Shown: positions 22,622 to 33,323 of the stretch, one piece after another
Layout: each line of letters opens with the position of its first letter
How positions within the stretch are numbered: position 1 is the first letter of the stretch
From: Trichodelitschia bisporula
Taxonomy: Eukaryota
Direction of reading: 5' to 3'
DNA length: 41,762 nucleotides
Assembly (NCBI GenBank): GCA_010356995.1
Contig: ML996691.1
Coordinates: 62,001-103,762, forward strand
The notes under the pieces: model-generated
What the model was told of the DNA's origin: nothing
Database searches by the model: none
Seen by the model: only the letters and a program-made list of their open reading frames with translations
Made by a program: the position numbers and the translations under genes

Positions 22622-23183
22622 GGATGGAGGGGATAAGGCCATAAGGCAAAAATACTTGACATTTGAAGGAAAATCTACTGTGCGGTGGCGTTACGGGGCT
22701 ACTGCTGCTCCATGAGCGATATCTGCGAGAGTTTGCGGGCTCCTGATGGACAGTACTTTCTGTCTTTATGGCATGTTTTCACTGAGTACTAGGACTAGTA
22801 AAGGATTTACAGACTACTCAAATGATTCCTGATGTCTGCCAGGTTTGTGTTTCGGGCTCCGAATGGAGCTGATCCGTGTCAGTGAGATGTCGGCGCGCCT
22901 AGCTGGAACTAGTGCGCTTCCCTTCAGAACTAGGAAGTTCGTGATGCTCGCATGGTGTTTTGATTTAGCGGTCTCTAATTGGCTAGCCCTACCCGGCTTC
23001 CCGCAATACCCCGGTCTCCGCTAGCCGCACTTCGAGCTCAGAATTCAACTTCGAGCATGTCGATGTGTTCTCGATAGCTAATTGAGTACACTTCGCAAAG
23101 AAGATGGCGAGCAATGCTATGTTACAGGTGAATACCGCCCGAGAACCAGACACCACCACCTGTCCCACCCATCAAGACTCGAC

Positions 23184-23866
23184 TTAAGGCCACGAGCCCT
23201 CCATCCCAGCCTTGCGCTCAAGCCGCGCCTCATACCGCCGACGCCTCGCATCCCTCTCCGACTTCTTGGCCTTCTGCGCCCTGTTCGAGTCTTCAGCTTT
23301 CTTATCCTTTCCGGTCTTGCTCGAGTCGCCAGCCTTCTTGACCTTTCCAGTCTTGCTCGAATCACCGGCTTTCTGGACCTTCTTCGTCTTCCTAGCGCCA
23401 CGAGCCTTCTTGCGCGCCGCTTGGTCCTCACGTACACCCTCTGCGAGAAACTGCACCAGTCGAGTCTTCTGCGCCTCCGTGAGCCCCTTGACGCTGAAGT
23501 CGAGTACGACCGTCGCATGGGTGCGGAGAGGGCTGAGGATGGTCAGAGGAACTAGTGCGACTGTTAGCTGGATGATGGGGGGATTGCAGTTTTTGGGGGA
23601 GGCATACCGGCGGGGGTCTGGTGGTTCATGGCCGTGCTGCTGGGTGGGGGGGTTGTGGAGTTGCTGTCGGAAACCGTAGATGGTGAGGCGGAAGAAGTTG
23701 AGGCGGAAGAGGCGCCGAAGTTGCTCCCGGTGTTGGAGGGCGAGCCGGAGATGCTTCCGGGGGGAGATGAGCGGCACAGGTAGGCCATGCTGCCGAGGTA
23801 CTCGCGTGTGCGAGACGAGAGCTCGCTGGAGGAGGAGGAAGTGGAAGAGTCGAGGCTGCGTGCCAT
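23184..23866 (-). CDS. Orphan protein, Ser-rich N-terminus and Lys/Arg-rich C-terminus with about 3 KKAGDSSKTGK repeats; intron 23607-23552
   Basis: GTATGC..GCTAAC..CTAG intron joins the 23866 and 23184 ORF frames. 33-bp coding tandem repeat at about 23281-23380. Confidence 0.6.
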
Positions 23867-25295
23867 TGTTGTGGCTGGTGGTTGTCAGTGTGATTTGCGG
23901 TGAGGGGGGAGTAGAGGGAAGGAATATTTACTGTGTGAGAATTCCTGGGAACTCGAGATTTTGCGATGGTTTGTTGGAAGAGTTGAAGAACTGAGGGGGG
24001 GGGACAGGTGAGGAACTGGGAGTGCAGGTAAGGAACTGGGAGAGAGCAGGTGAGAAACTGGGGGAGAAAGTATGGCAGAGCAATGGAATGGCTTTCGGCA
24101 ATGGAGAAGTGGAGGCAAACCTCCATTCACGGCCAATTCGCCTGCAGCCAAGAAGCAATGAATTGACAATCAAGTCTGCGCCAAGTGCTCAATAACCATT
24201 GTTGCCATCGATGGCCTTCCAAGTCCCCTTACCGTATTGAGGTTACTTTTCTCTGTCTTGGATCCATATATACCGCGCCCGTCTGAAGCGAACAGCGCCT
24301 ATATCGACGTTCAATTCACAAGTGATATATAGACGACAGGTAGATTCCGATCGGTCTCGGACTGAGTATACTTGAAGTCAAGTCGATGGCCTTGGACTGT
24401 TTGCTGTTTGCAGATGTGACGATTTAGCTGTTTCTTGTCCCCGTCGCTTGTGGGCAGCTTCTTGCGCTTCTCTGATGCGGTCCGGCTTGAGCGGCGGGGC
24501 TCTAAATGCTGTTATAACTGGTTCAAGTACGCTCGAAGCGACGGACTGTAGGCGCCATGTTATTCATTAATTTTGAGTGTGGCTCTAAAGGCGGTAGGCG
24601 GGCTGAGGTAGAGGAAATGTCCGGGACGGAAGGCTTTTGGCACGAGAAGTATGCGGACAGTGGTTACATTTTATAAAGTGTCACTTATTTGTATATCATC
24701 GACAGTGTTGTTTATCTCGTCACTTCTTTATCTCCTGGCTGTGAACCCAGCTGCGCCTTGTGTACTGCAGCACAATGGCAAATGTACAATGATAAAACAC
24801 GTGACTTCGTATTCATCATCCTAAATTACACCCGCTTGTCTTTTGTCCTCAATATCATGGCTTTTCGGCCAAACATTTCTCGTCCATGTTTCATTCGCTA
24901 ATTCCCAACTTTTTGAGGTCTCTGAAGAGCTGGTGTCCTTGGGCTCGTTTGCGGAGCTGTCGGACTTCTTTTTCAAGTTGTTCTTCTTCTTCGACGCTTC
25001 AGGCGTATTCGCTTTGGGAGGTTGTTTTTTTATAATCTCGGAGCGGTTGGTGGAATCCGGGGACTTTTTGATCGCGCTGCGGTTCGATGTGGGTGGTAGA
25101 GAGAATGATGGTGGAGGGAGAAATATAGTTTGTATAGAGAATATGTGGATGATGCGTCGTGAGGGCCAAGCACAGTAAAGTGTGGTGAATGTCAAAGAGA
25201 AGACACGAGATATACATCTTTCAGTCCTTGGCTAGGTGGGCTGTGAAATTAGTAAAATTAGTGCAAAAACAGAGTCTATGGGAAGAACTTATAAG

Positions 25296-26205
25296 CTACA
25301 ATAATGAGGCTGTGTTGGTACTCTGCGTGTCAACTGAGGTTGAAAGGTACGTGGTTGCTATTTGGTGATTGCGCTGACAGACTAGGCTGTCGAAATCAGG
25401 CACAACGTTCATGCGGCGATGATTCATGCGATTGAGGGGGTCATGTAGCTTAGTTAATTTCATGGCATTTCCTTTATGACTAAATTCTCTGAGCCATGCC
25501 CTGAGAACCATCACAGGTGGGCTCGTTTGGCGGTAATGTACGGCGAATCCGTTCGAAGGTGACTGCTCAACATCACGCGTCCTTGAAAGCTCCGAGTGAT
25601 ACCACCGAAGTGCATCCTGTCCTTTCCATGATCATCAGGGCATCACAGTGCCGCGCCCTTGGCCGCTGTAACTGTGCCGTTCGTCGCCACGCCGCGCACA
25701 TCCGCACATTTCACTGTCAGTACAGTCTCAGAATTCGGGCACATACCTTCTGGCCCTGGCCCAAGAAGATGATTTCGGCCGCCGGCCTGGCGTCGCGCTG
25801 AGCACAGTACTTCATATACTGCGCCATCTCCCAGGCATCACCCCAGGCGAAGTAGCTCATGAATTCTGTTTTGTACTCCTCGAATGACTTGGAAAAGGGA
25901 CGTTCAACTCTGGGAGGGAGTTCTTGGGGGTATGAGCTCCAGGATTTGATGGTTCCGAGTCTAGTCCACCTCACGACGCGCTCCCAGGATTTAGGGACAT
26001 CGCGCAGGGGATTCTTCACGACGGTCTCCCAGGAGCTGTAGGGGACTTTGCGCATGGCGTGTTCCACTACGTCCTCCTAGATGTGGACAGGCTCCTCCTC
26101 GTGGGAAATCTCGACATTAGTCTCGGACGGGGACCCGTATCGGTACTCTGAAAGGTCCTTGCCGAGAAGTGCGGGTTCTGGCGTTCGAAGGCGCCGAGGT
26201 GGCAT
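25296..26205 (-). pseudogene. Orphan gene with an in-frame TAG at codon 43 and an uncertain 3' part
   Basis: ccaccATG at 26205 gives MPPRRLRTPEP..EEEPVHI*EDVVEHAMRKVPY..GQGQK, then a GTATGT donor at 25746. TAG at 26079-26077. Downstream frames do not join cleanly. Confidence 0.5.
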
Positions 26206-26754
26206 GGTGGCGCTTTTGTTAGGGGTGCAAACCGATGCGTGCGAGAATATTCAAGTATGGAAAGGGAAAATGGTGCGAGGAGAATGCTACTCGGAAGGCG
26301 AGATGACGACAGTGGTCGCTTGGCACGCACGCAAGGGCAATCTTGTTGATCCTGAAGGACGGAGAGGATAATCTCTAGGAATGCAGATTACGTTCATCTA
26401 CCGAATCGAGAAGGATCCATCGAATATCCACGGCTGTTCCATCGCACATATTGTCGGCATGTTCGGCGTGTTTCCCTCCCAAGAGCAGCCCCGCAGCCTT
26501 GTGCCCCCTGTGCGCCAATCGGTACACATTCCGGACAGGAATAGCACGCTAGCCACGGTCACGCAGCACGAGGCTGAACGTGGCATTTTGCGGAGCAATT
26601 GCGGATACGAGGGACAATCCAATCCAGCGCACCATGTTCGCGATATGCGGCTATTTAAACAACGCGAACTTCGTCTACAGTCTTCAGTCCTTCACTCTCT
26701 CGACCATCGTCGCAATACCATCCCATCACAGCCAACCCATTCACTCCAATCAAG

Positions 26755-27435
26755 ATGTATCTCCTCGCCCTCCTCGCCCTCCTCGCACCTGCCCTCGCCG
26801 TCGACCGCACCTCCAACCCGGACCTCGTGTCGCGCCTCAAAACTGCCGCCACAGTACTCGACCGCCTCGCACTCCTCTCCGACACCGACTTCCTCTTCGA
26901 CTTCGAAGCCCAGTCCTACGCAACCTATTCCCCAGGCGGCGTCGTCAACGCCAACGCCGCGACCTTCCCCGCCGTCGTCGGCACAGGCATGACCGTAGCA
27001 CTGCTGCATCTCGGACCTTGCAGCATCCTCCCCGCACATCTACACCCACGGGCCACGAATATGGTCGTCAGTGTCCAGGGCCAGGTGCACACGTGGATGG
27101 TGCAGGAGAATGGGGCGCGGACTGTTGAGACGGACCTCACGCCTGGGAAACTCACTATATTTCCGCAGGGTAGCGTACATATGATGCAGAATGTGGGATG
27201 TGATAAGGCTCTGCTTGTGAGCTCGTTGAATAGTGAGGATGCTGGGACGCATAATGTTGCGAATGCGCTGTTTGGGTTCCAGGCGGGGATGTTAGATGCT
27301 GTTTTTGGGTATTCTGGGTTTAATGGGTCGGGGATGCGGATTCCGGCGGTTGGGACGGGGGCGGGATATGGGAGTATGGAGTGTCTGGCAAGGTGTGGGC
27401 TGACGCCGGGGTATAAATTGGATGAGGATAAGTGA
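26755..27435 (+). CDS. Secreted spherulin-1/germin-like monocupin
   Basis: Signal peptide MYLLALLALLAPALA; ANAATFPAVVG, LGPCSILPAHLHPRATN (germin box 1), FPQGSVHMMQNVGC (box 2), SLNSEDAG. TATTTAAA box near 26652. Confidence 0.9.
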   Translation: MYLLALLALLAPALAVDRTSNPDLVSRLKTAATVLDRLALLSDTDFLFDFEAQSYATYSPGGVVNANAATFPAVVGTGMTVALLHLGPCSILPAHLHPRATNMVVSVQGQVHTWMVQENGARTVETDLTPGKLTIFPQGSVHMMQNVGCDKALLVSSLNSEDAGTHNVANALFGFQAGMLDAVFGYSGFNGSGMRIPAVGTGAGYGSMECLARCGLTPGYKLDEDK

Positions 27436-27852
27436 TGGATGGTGTGCTGTGCATGTCTCTATGCTTCTTGTGATGTATTTATACCTTATATCATAGCTTT
27501 CAAATTCACCAAACTATTATTTCACGGATTGACTTCAAATGCTGACGAGATCGGACCACCGTGAGCCTCCCGTATCGAGCGAGGCTTTTGCGAGCTTGAT
27601 CATCACGCCGGGTCTCAAATCTGGCAGCCGTGAACATGGCCTGACTCCAGGAGGGAATGCACGCAGAGTGTGCAGCGTTCCTTCCGTCTCGCTCTCTTCC
27701 ACTCACAAATCACACCTTCCCATGCCATTGCAGTCACTCAGTGCACTCACCAAGAAAGCCGTATAAAGCTCCGACCACCAGCTCTTCCACAGCATCCACA
27801 GCACCACCACCTTACTACAGCAGCCAAAGCACACTCCACCATTCCACTCGAG

Positions 27853-28005
27853 ATGTGCACTTACAACCTGATTCGTTACACCTGCACTCACACGGAGGTG
27901 CGCTGGGTTGAGTTGTGCCATGATTCGCCCTATGAGGATCACGTCCCCACCTTGCTGAGAACCATCGACATGCCCCACACCTGCATTGGATGCGGGCTTC
28001 ACTAG
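27853..28005 (+). CDS. 50-aa Cys/His-rich microprotein (MC-x6-Y..CxH-x8-C-x7-H-x13-CxxC)
   Basis: MCTYNLIRYTCTHTEVRWVELCHDSPYEDHVPTLLRTIDMPHTCIGCGLH*. GTATAAAGCTC TATA at 27761 and a CA-rich leader. Motif spacing is shared with the 37327 and 38896 ORFs. Confidence 0.7.
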   Translation: MCTYNLIRYTCTHTEVRWVELCHDSPYEDHVPTLLRTIDMPHTCIGCGLH

Positions 28006-28577
28006 GCGCGGTTGGCTCGTTTACCGGCCTGTCTTTCATGGCTTCCGGCTGCCGCTACTGGGTTGCCGAGTGATGGATTCATAGATGTATGCCGCGGGAT
28101 GCAATCGGAGTCCTAGAGCCTAGTTAACAATCCATACATGCTTCTTTATGCTTGTTCTTGCGAAGTGTTTGTTGTGATATATTGCGGAGTGACTCGAAGT
28201 CGGGGATCCCGCACTTGGCATTACTCAGAGGTCTCGTCAGTGTGTCCCCAACGGCGAACCTTTCGACTGTATCCTGAGAGAAATGCTCCTTGACTTTGAC
28301 ATCAAAACGCCTTCAGTACCCGTTTATGCCGGCGTGGTATGCAAACCGAATCACGAACGCCGGCCTAAGGTTTTAGCAAGCAGGCGAAGTACTTATAGCT
28401 AGCAAGATTTCCAAGCCAGCCACCTGTAGACTGAACGAAATCACTTGTCCAACTCCATCGATTTCATCGGCCCACAAGCCTGGGAGCCACCTCACCTGCA
28501 CCAAAGACGATTCCTAGCAGAACATTCGAAGTCTCCAATAGCTCTGCATACCTAGAGCAGCGCTCACTCCCCCAAAC

Positions 28578-29033
28578 ATGGCGGATTCTCTCCACGAACA
28601 TGGCCTCCCATCAGAACCCACAGCAAGCTTGAACTGGCTTGAAAGCCGCCCGATGCTGAACGACGGTCAGCTTGGAGAAATTGAGACCGTGCTTAGAGCC
28701 TATGGTGGCTTTCCTGCGCTGCCATACAGGCTCCATTATTCCCATGGCTACATAAGATGGGTTTTGTTGGTACGAGAGAACCTCCTTGTGTTTGATCTGT
28801 GGAACGTAACCATAGGACTTCACCTCCTCCCGGATACTCCGCGCGCACTGTTCATCAATCGGATTGCCAAGGCATGGATGCTCAACCATAGGACCGAGGA
28901 AGACTTCGATGGGATCCTCAGTAAACGATATGTATTGAGGAAATTATCACTTCATGAGCTCTGGGTCGCTATCGGCGAAGTCTTTGGTCCGGGCGGCGTA
29001 CCACTATTGACGACGATAGCGATGGAGCGTTGA
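28578..29033 (+). CDS. Orphan 151-aa protein, copy 1 of a local tandem family
   Basis: Intact ORF with caaacATGG context; clear paralogy to 29300-29719 (PM.ND..L.EIE, G.PAL, LVRENL.VF.L, LPDT, KAW..N). Confidence 0.7.
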   Translation: MADSLHEHGLPSEPTASLNWLESRPMLNDGQLGEIETVLRAYGGFPALPYRLHYSHGYIRWVLLVRENLLVFDLWNVTIGLHLLPDTPRALFINRIAKAWMLNHRTEEDFDGILSKRYVLRKLSLHELWVAIGEVFGPGGVPLLTTIAMER

Positions 29034-29299
29034 TGCCTGGAAGGCGTACGTAGTATACTACCGGACATGATGTAATGAGCGCACAAATGGAAAAAAGGGT
29101 ACATCAGGATACGTGGCATAGTGTATGTAAGTCTTGAGAGTCTCTGACCCTCGTCCTCTCTTTATCTTCGACTTCACTCTCCAGTTTACACAGTTGCCGT
29201 TACCTGTGCATGAGCCTTGCTCCCATCTACTATTGTTAGCAGAGCATTCGAAGTCTCCGACGGGTTTGTGCATGCAGAACAGCGTCCGCTTCCCCCAAC

Positions 29300-29719
29300 A
29301 TGGCCGGTTCTCAAGACGAAAATCACTCCACATCTGGAGCCTATGCAACCTCGGACTCCCCAAAACTTCCGATGCGAAACGACGACGAGCTCAAGGAAAT
29401 TGAGGCCGCGATTGTGGCCCACAATGGCCTTCCCGCGCTGTCAGAGAAACTCGACCATTGGACCTATCGTAACTACAACTGATGGACTCACTTAGTGCGG
29501 GAGAATCTCCACGTGTTTGAGCTAGCCGGTGGAAACTACGCTCTTCCTGACACTCGTATCGAGAAGCGGTTGAATCAAATGGTTAAGGCATGGCTGTTCA
29601 ACAACATGATGGCAAAGGCCCTCGACAAGATCCTGTTGGAAGGGTATGCGCTGATGAGGTATTCGACGTATATGGATCTTTTGGGATTCATCGAGGATCT
29701 TTGGATGGAGGAGCCATGA
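29300..29719 (+). pseudogene. Copy 2 of the orphan family, single in-frame TGA at 29480-29482
   Basis: ORFs 29300-29482 and 29495-29719 are in the same frame. YN*WTHLVRENL aligns with YIRWVLLVRENL of copy 1. Confidence 0.8.
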
Positions 29720-29969
29720 GGCAGGAGCATTTGACTTGCTGGAAGGAGCAAACGCGTCTGAGGAAGGAAGCATGATATAACGGGTACATGCGCGAGGAAG
29801 GAGCATAGGAGGACACTTGGCATCCACGGTGTATTTAAGTCTCCAACGTCTCTGACTCTCTCTTCTTCTTTGCTCGTCATCAACTCTTCATTTCACACCG
29901 TCGATTTGAGCCCGTCAAACCTCTGCTTCTACTACTGGGAGCCACTTCACCTACACCAAAGACAACTCC

Positions 29970-30260
29970 CAGCAGAATCTTTGAAGTCTCCGACTGGTTT
30001 TTGCATACAGAAAGGCGCCCGTACCTTCAATACCAATAATTTTCAGAGCCCCGGTTGCCTATCGTCGAAGCCTCACCACACCGATCCCGCGGCTCGGAAG
30101 TCCCGATGGAAAACGACCGCAAACTTCGCAGCATTGAGGAGTTACTGCCAACCTATGGGGGATCTGCTGTGTCAGTTATCAAGCATCAATGATCTGAACA
30201 AACAAACCGGGCGAATATTTGTCTTGTGTCAAGCCACTCCTTTACCATATGACGTCCTGT
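29970..30260 (+). pseudogene. Copy 3 of the orphan family, heavily decayed
   Basis: Shared leader gcagaa..t.gaagtctcc.a..g.t.tgcat. Peptide PMENDRKLRSIEELLPTYGG matches PMLNDGQLGEIETVLRAYGG. Stops follow. Confidence 0.65.
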
Positions 30261-31405
30261 ACGCACATACGGATAGCACGAGAGATTCCCCGGTTCAAAT
30301 CCAGCAATACACACACGTTTCCCAACTTGGGCATGTCGAAGGCCCGCAACACCCGGCTGTCAGTGAAGAGGATTGAGCTTCGTCTCCTGTCCTCGTATCG
30401 AGGCCGTCATCGATACAGAGTGCGGCAGTCCCATATTCCCTCAGCCCTATCCGCCTCCGTGTCACATCCCCGCTGCTCTCCTTTGTCTGCCATAGTCCCT
30501 CGTCGTGACACCGCCCCCATTTCCATACATTTTCTCTCCCTCAGCTCTCATTTCCCACCTCCACAGTATGCCAGTTCGCCCATTTCCACGCCCCCACGTT
30601 CGCCGCACCCCATTTCTCCGCTTTCCGCCCGCAGACTCACGCTGTCCTGGTGTTCACGTTTCGCTTTCATCTTTTGTTTCGACTTCCCGAGCCAGTGATT
30701 GCACGACGTGAAGTGTCAGCCACGCCCGGCTCTAGCCGGTGGTGACGAGCGTGGCAGAGTCATGGGCGCTGTTCGAGGGCGGCGGAGAACTGGACACTTT
30801 TGTTCGGAGGTCGATGAAACAGCGGATGTGGCTTGACCCGGAGGAGAGATGCACGTGGCATGCCACAGGGCTGTTCTGACGTCGTGGCGTTACAATTGGG
30901 CGACGTAGGCGCGCACCAACCATCTTGTGATTGCGCCGCCGGTCCCGCCGAGCGTCATCGGATATCGTCTAGCTCGTCAGCAATGCAACAAAGACTGGGA
31001 CCTGGAATCGGTAACCGGCGCACGCTTCCGGAGAAAAGCACGCATGGCCAAGGAGACATGGCGCGCGTTGTTGCTCCCAATAATGAGTGAGGGTTAGGGT
31101 TAGTATGGCTAAGTTCAGGGTTAGAGTAACATCGTCATACCCAGGAACAGCGTAGACAGCCGCAGCGTCCTTTTTATCGTCAGTAAGGAAAGAATTATGC
31201 CAGAGAGTAGACGTTGTTGGTCGTCTCGAGCCTCCGGTGTTCCGCGCATGAACAGCCCAGGCACCAAATCACGTGCAGATCCCGTCCATGCTTGACACAA
31301 ACCCTCGAGCATGCATTCCAAGACTAAAGCACATCCGTTCCGCCTCCTCTATCTTTCCATGTCTTGAACCTCTTGTATTCGACAATGTACATGTGCCGGA
31401 CCGGC

Positions 31406-32409
31406 TTAGCGATACGGCGCGTCCGCCCGCATGGCCGCCGCCATCTCCGGTTCCCACTTGTCGCCGTTGGCCAGCAGCTTCTCCTTGTTGTACATGAGCT
31501 CCTCGCGGGTCTCGGTCGCGTACTCGGCGTTCGGGGTTAAGACGACGGCATCTGTGGGACAGGCTTCCTGGCAGTACCCGCAGTAGATGCATTTGGTCTT
31601 TATACCGAGTGGAGCTGTTAGTTCACTGCTAGATAGAATTCTAGGATGGACTTGCCATGTCAATGTCGTAGCGAGCGGTGCGGCGGCTGCCGTCCTCACG
31701 CTCCTCGGCTTCGATAATAATGCAGCTGGCTGGGCAGATGGAACTGCATAATTGGCACGCGATGCAGCGTTCCTCGCCGGAGGGATACCGTCGGAGGGCG
31801 TGCTCGCCACGGAAGCGCGGAGAGATGGGGCCCTTCTCGAAGGGGTAGAAGATGGTGTATCTGGGGAATTAGCCGAGGGCGGAGACATAGAAACGAAGGA
31901 AAGCGAGAAAGAGTAGTTGGGTGGTAGGAAAATAGAGGTTCAGACAGGGGGTCGATGGTATATAGCAACCGGACTGGAGTCCAGATCAACCCAATTGGGA
32001 TATATAGCGTTGCGAGGTCGGTCATGCGCCTTGCTTGTAGACGAGACCCACTGTCTGGAGACAGGTGGATTGCCCAGGTCCGAAAGGCCAGCTACCCAAC
32101 GAAATATGCCCAAAATAGGGAGACTCACGGCGGGCGGAAGAACTGCTCCAGAACGACGTACATCCCGCGGAACAGTTCGTTCAGCAGGAAGTACTTGCTG
32201 GCGTGGTCCAGGACGCTGTCCTTCTGAGTATCCCACCGGGTCGGAGGCGGCAAGCGAAAGCCGGAAGGAGGGGGGCCGCTCGGGAGCGCAGGGCGCGGAG
32301 CTGATGTTGAGAAGCCGCTGCGGGCGACGAAGGTAGCAGTGCGCGCAGCACGAAGGGTGCCGGAGGGCGTGGTGCGCGACAGGGCGGCGAGGGCGCGCGT
32401 CGTGGCCAT
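31406..32409 (-). CDS. NDUFS8: Mitochondrial complex I TYKY/23-kDa 2x[4Fe-4S] subunit; exons 32409-32129, 31860-31656, 31597-31406 (second intron GC-AG)
   Basis: Presequence, then [87 protein letters not shown]. Confidence 0.97.
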
Positions 32410-32587
32410 GGCGGAATCAAGCACAGGAGATTCGCGCGCTGCTTGTAATTAGCTTTAAGACACCTGGAGGAGCTGGGGGGGTGCGTACCGCTTGCGTTGG
32501 TGTGCCCAGCGGATTAGGTGACGAATTGACGAAGTGACGGTTGACGTTGGCCTCCACCCCGGCGGAACAGCGATCCAGATATCCCGA

Positions 32588-32595
32588 TCACGTGA
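32588..32595. promoter_or_regulatory. Palindromic E-box TCACGTGA in the 297-bp divergent promoter between NDUFS8 and ACP1
   Basis: gaTCACGTGAcc matches the bHLH (Cbf1-type) consensus; function not shown. Confidence 0.45.
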
Positions 32596-32706
32596 CCGGC
32601 AGATTTTCTAGCATCAAGCTTTCCCGCCGTCACTCTCCGTTCCCAGCCCCACCTCCCCAACTGCATCACCGACCACCTGTGCTACCTCCAACTCCCACAA
32701 CGCACG

Positions 32707-33323
32707 ATGTTCCGTCCTGTCTTCCTCACATCCGTCCGGGCCGTGTCCCGCGTGTGCCGGAGGGCGCCAATTGTGCGGCCTTCGTTCAAGCCCGCTATGG
32801 TGCCGGCTATGCGGTGGTACTCGGCGTCGGCGGGCCTGTCCAAGGACGAAGTGCAGGGACGGATACTCGACCTGCTGAAGAACTTTGATAAGGTGGGTTT
32901 GCGGCGTTCATGTATATGGTCAAGCTAACGGAGCAGGTCACGGATGCATCCAAGGTACGCTCGTCCAGATCATCACGACCACGCTGACAGCGCAGCTCGG
33001 CGGCTCGTCGCACTTTGCCAACGACCTCGGACTTGACAGCCTGGACACAGTCGAGGTACTGATGGCGATCGAGGAGGTGGGTTCTCACGCAGCTACGGCC
33101 ATTGCGACCGCTCGCCACTAACGGCAGCAGGAGTTTAGCCTCGAGATCCCCGACAAGGAGGCGGATGCGATCCACAGCGGTGAGAGCTGTACTGTCAATT
33201 TACCGTCGGCACATCTAACAAACGCAGTCGACCAAGCCGTGACGTACATCCTCAGCCAGCCCGATGGTAGGTCGGCCCTTCGGCCCTTGTCTGCCGGCGG
33301 CGCTAACATTGGCAGCCCATTGA
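32707..33323 (+). CDS. ACP1: Mitochondrial acyl carrier protein (NDUFAB1/SDAP); exons 32707-32892, 32937-32954, 32996-33076, 33131-33179, 33228-33266, 33316-33323
   Basis: Presequence; LLKNFDK|VTDASK|LGGSSHFANDLGLDSLDTVEVLMAIEE|EFSLEIPDKEADAIHS|VDQAVTYILSQPD|AH*. Phosphopantetheine Ser in DSLD. Five GT-AG introns. Confidence 0.96.

Noticed and set aside
29480..29482. TGA as selenocysteine or an edited codon
   Set aside because: It aligns with Arg in the paralog, so a simple nonsense mutation is more parsimonious; Dikarya lack the Sec machinery.
32073..32093. CCAGGTCCGAAAGGCCAGC resembling SRP RNA helix 8
   Set aside because: Only a partial match, antisense to the host intron, with no other SRP features or Pol III terminator evident.
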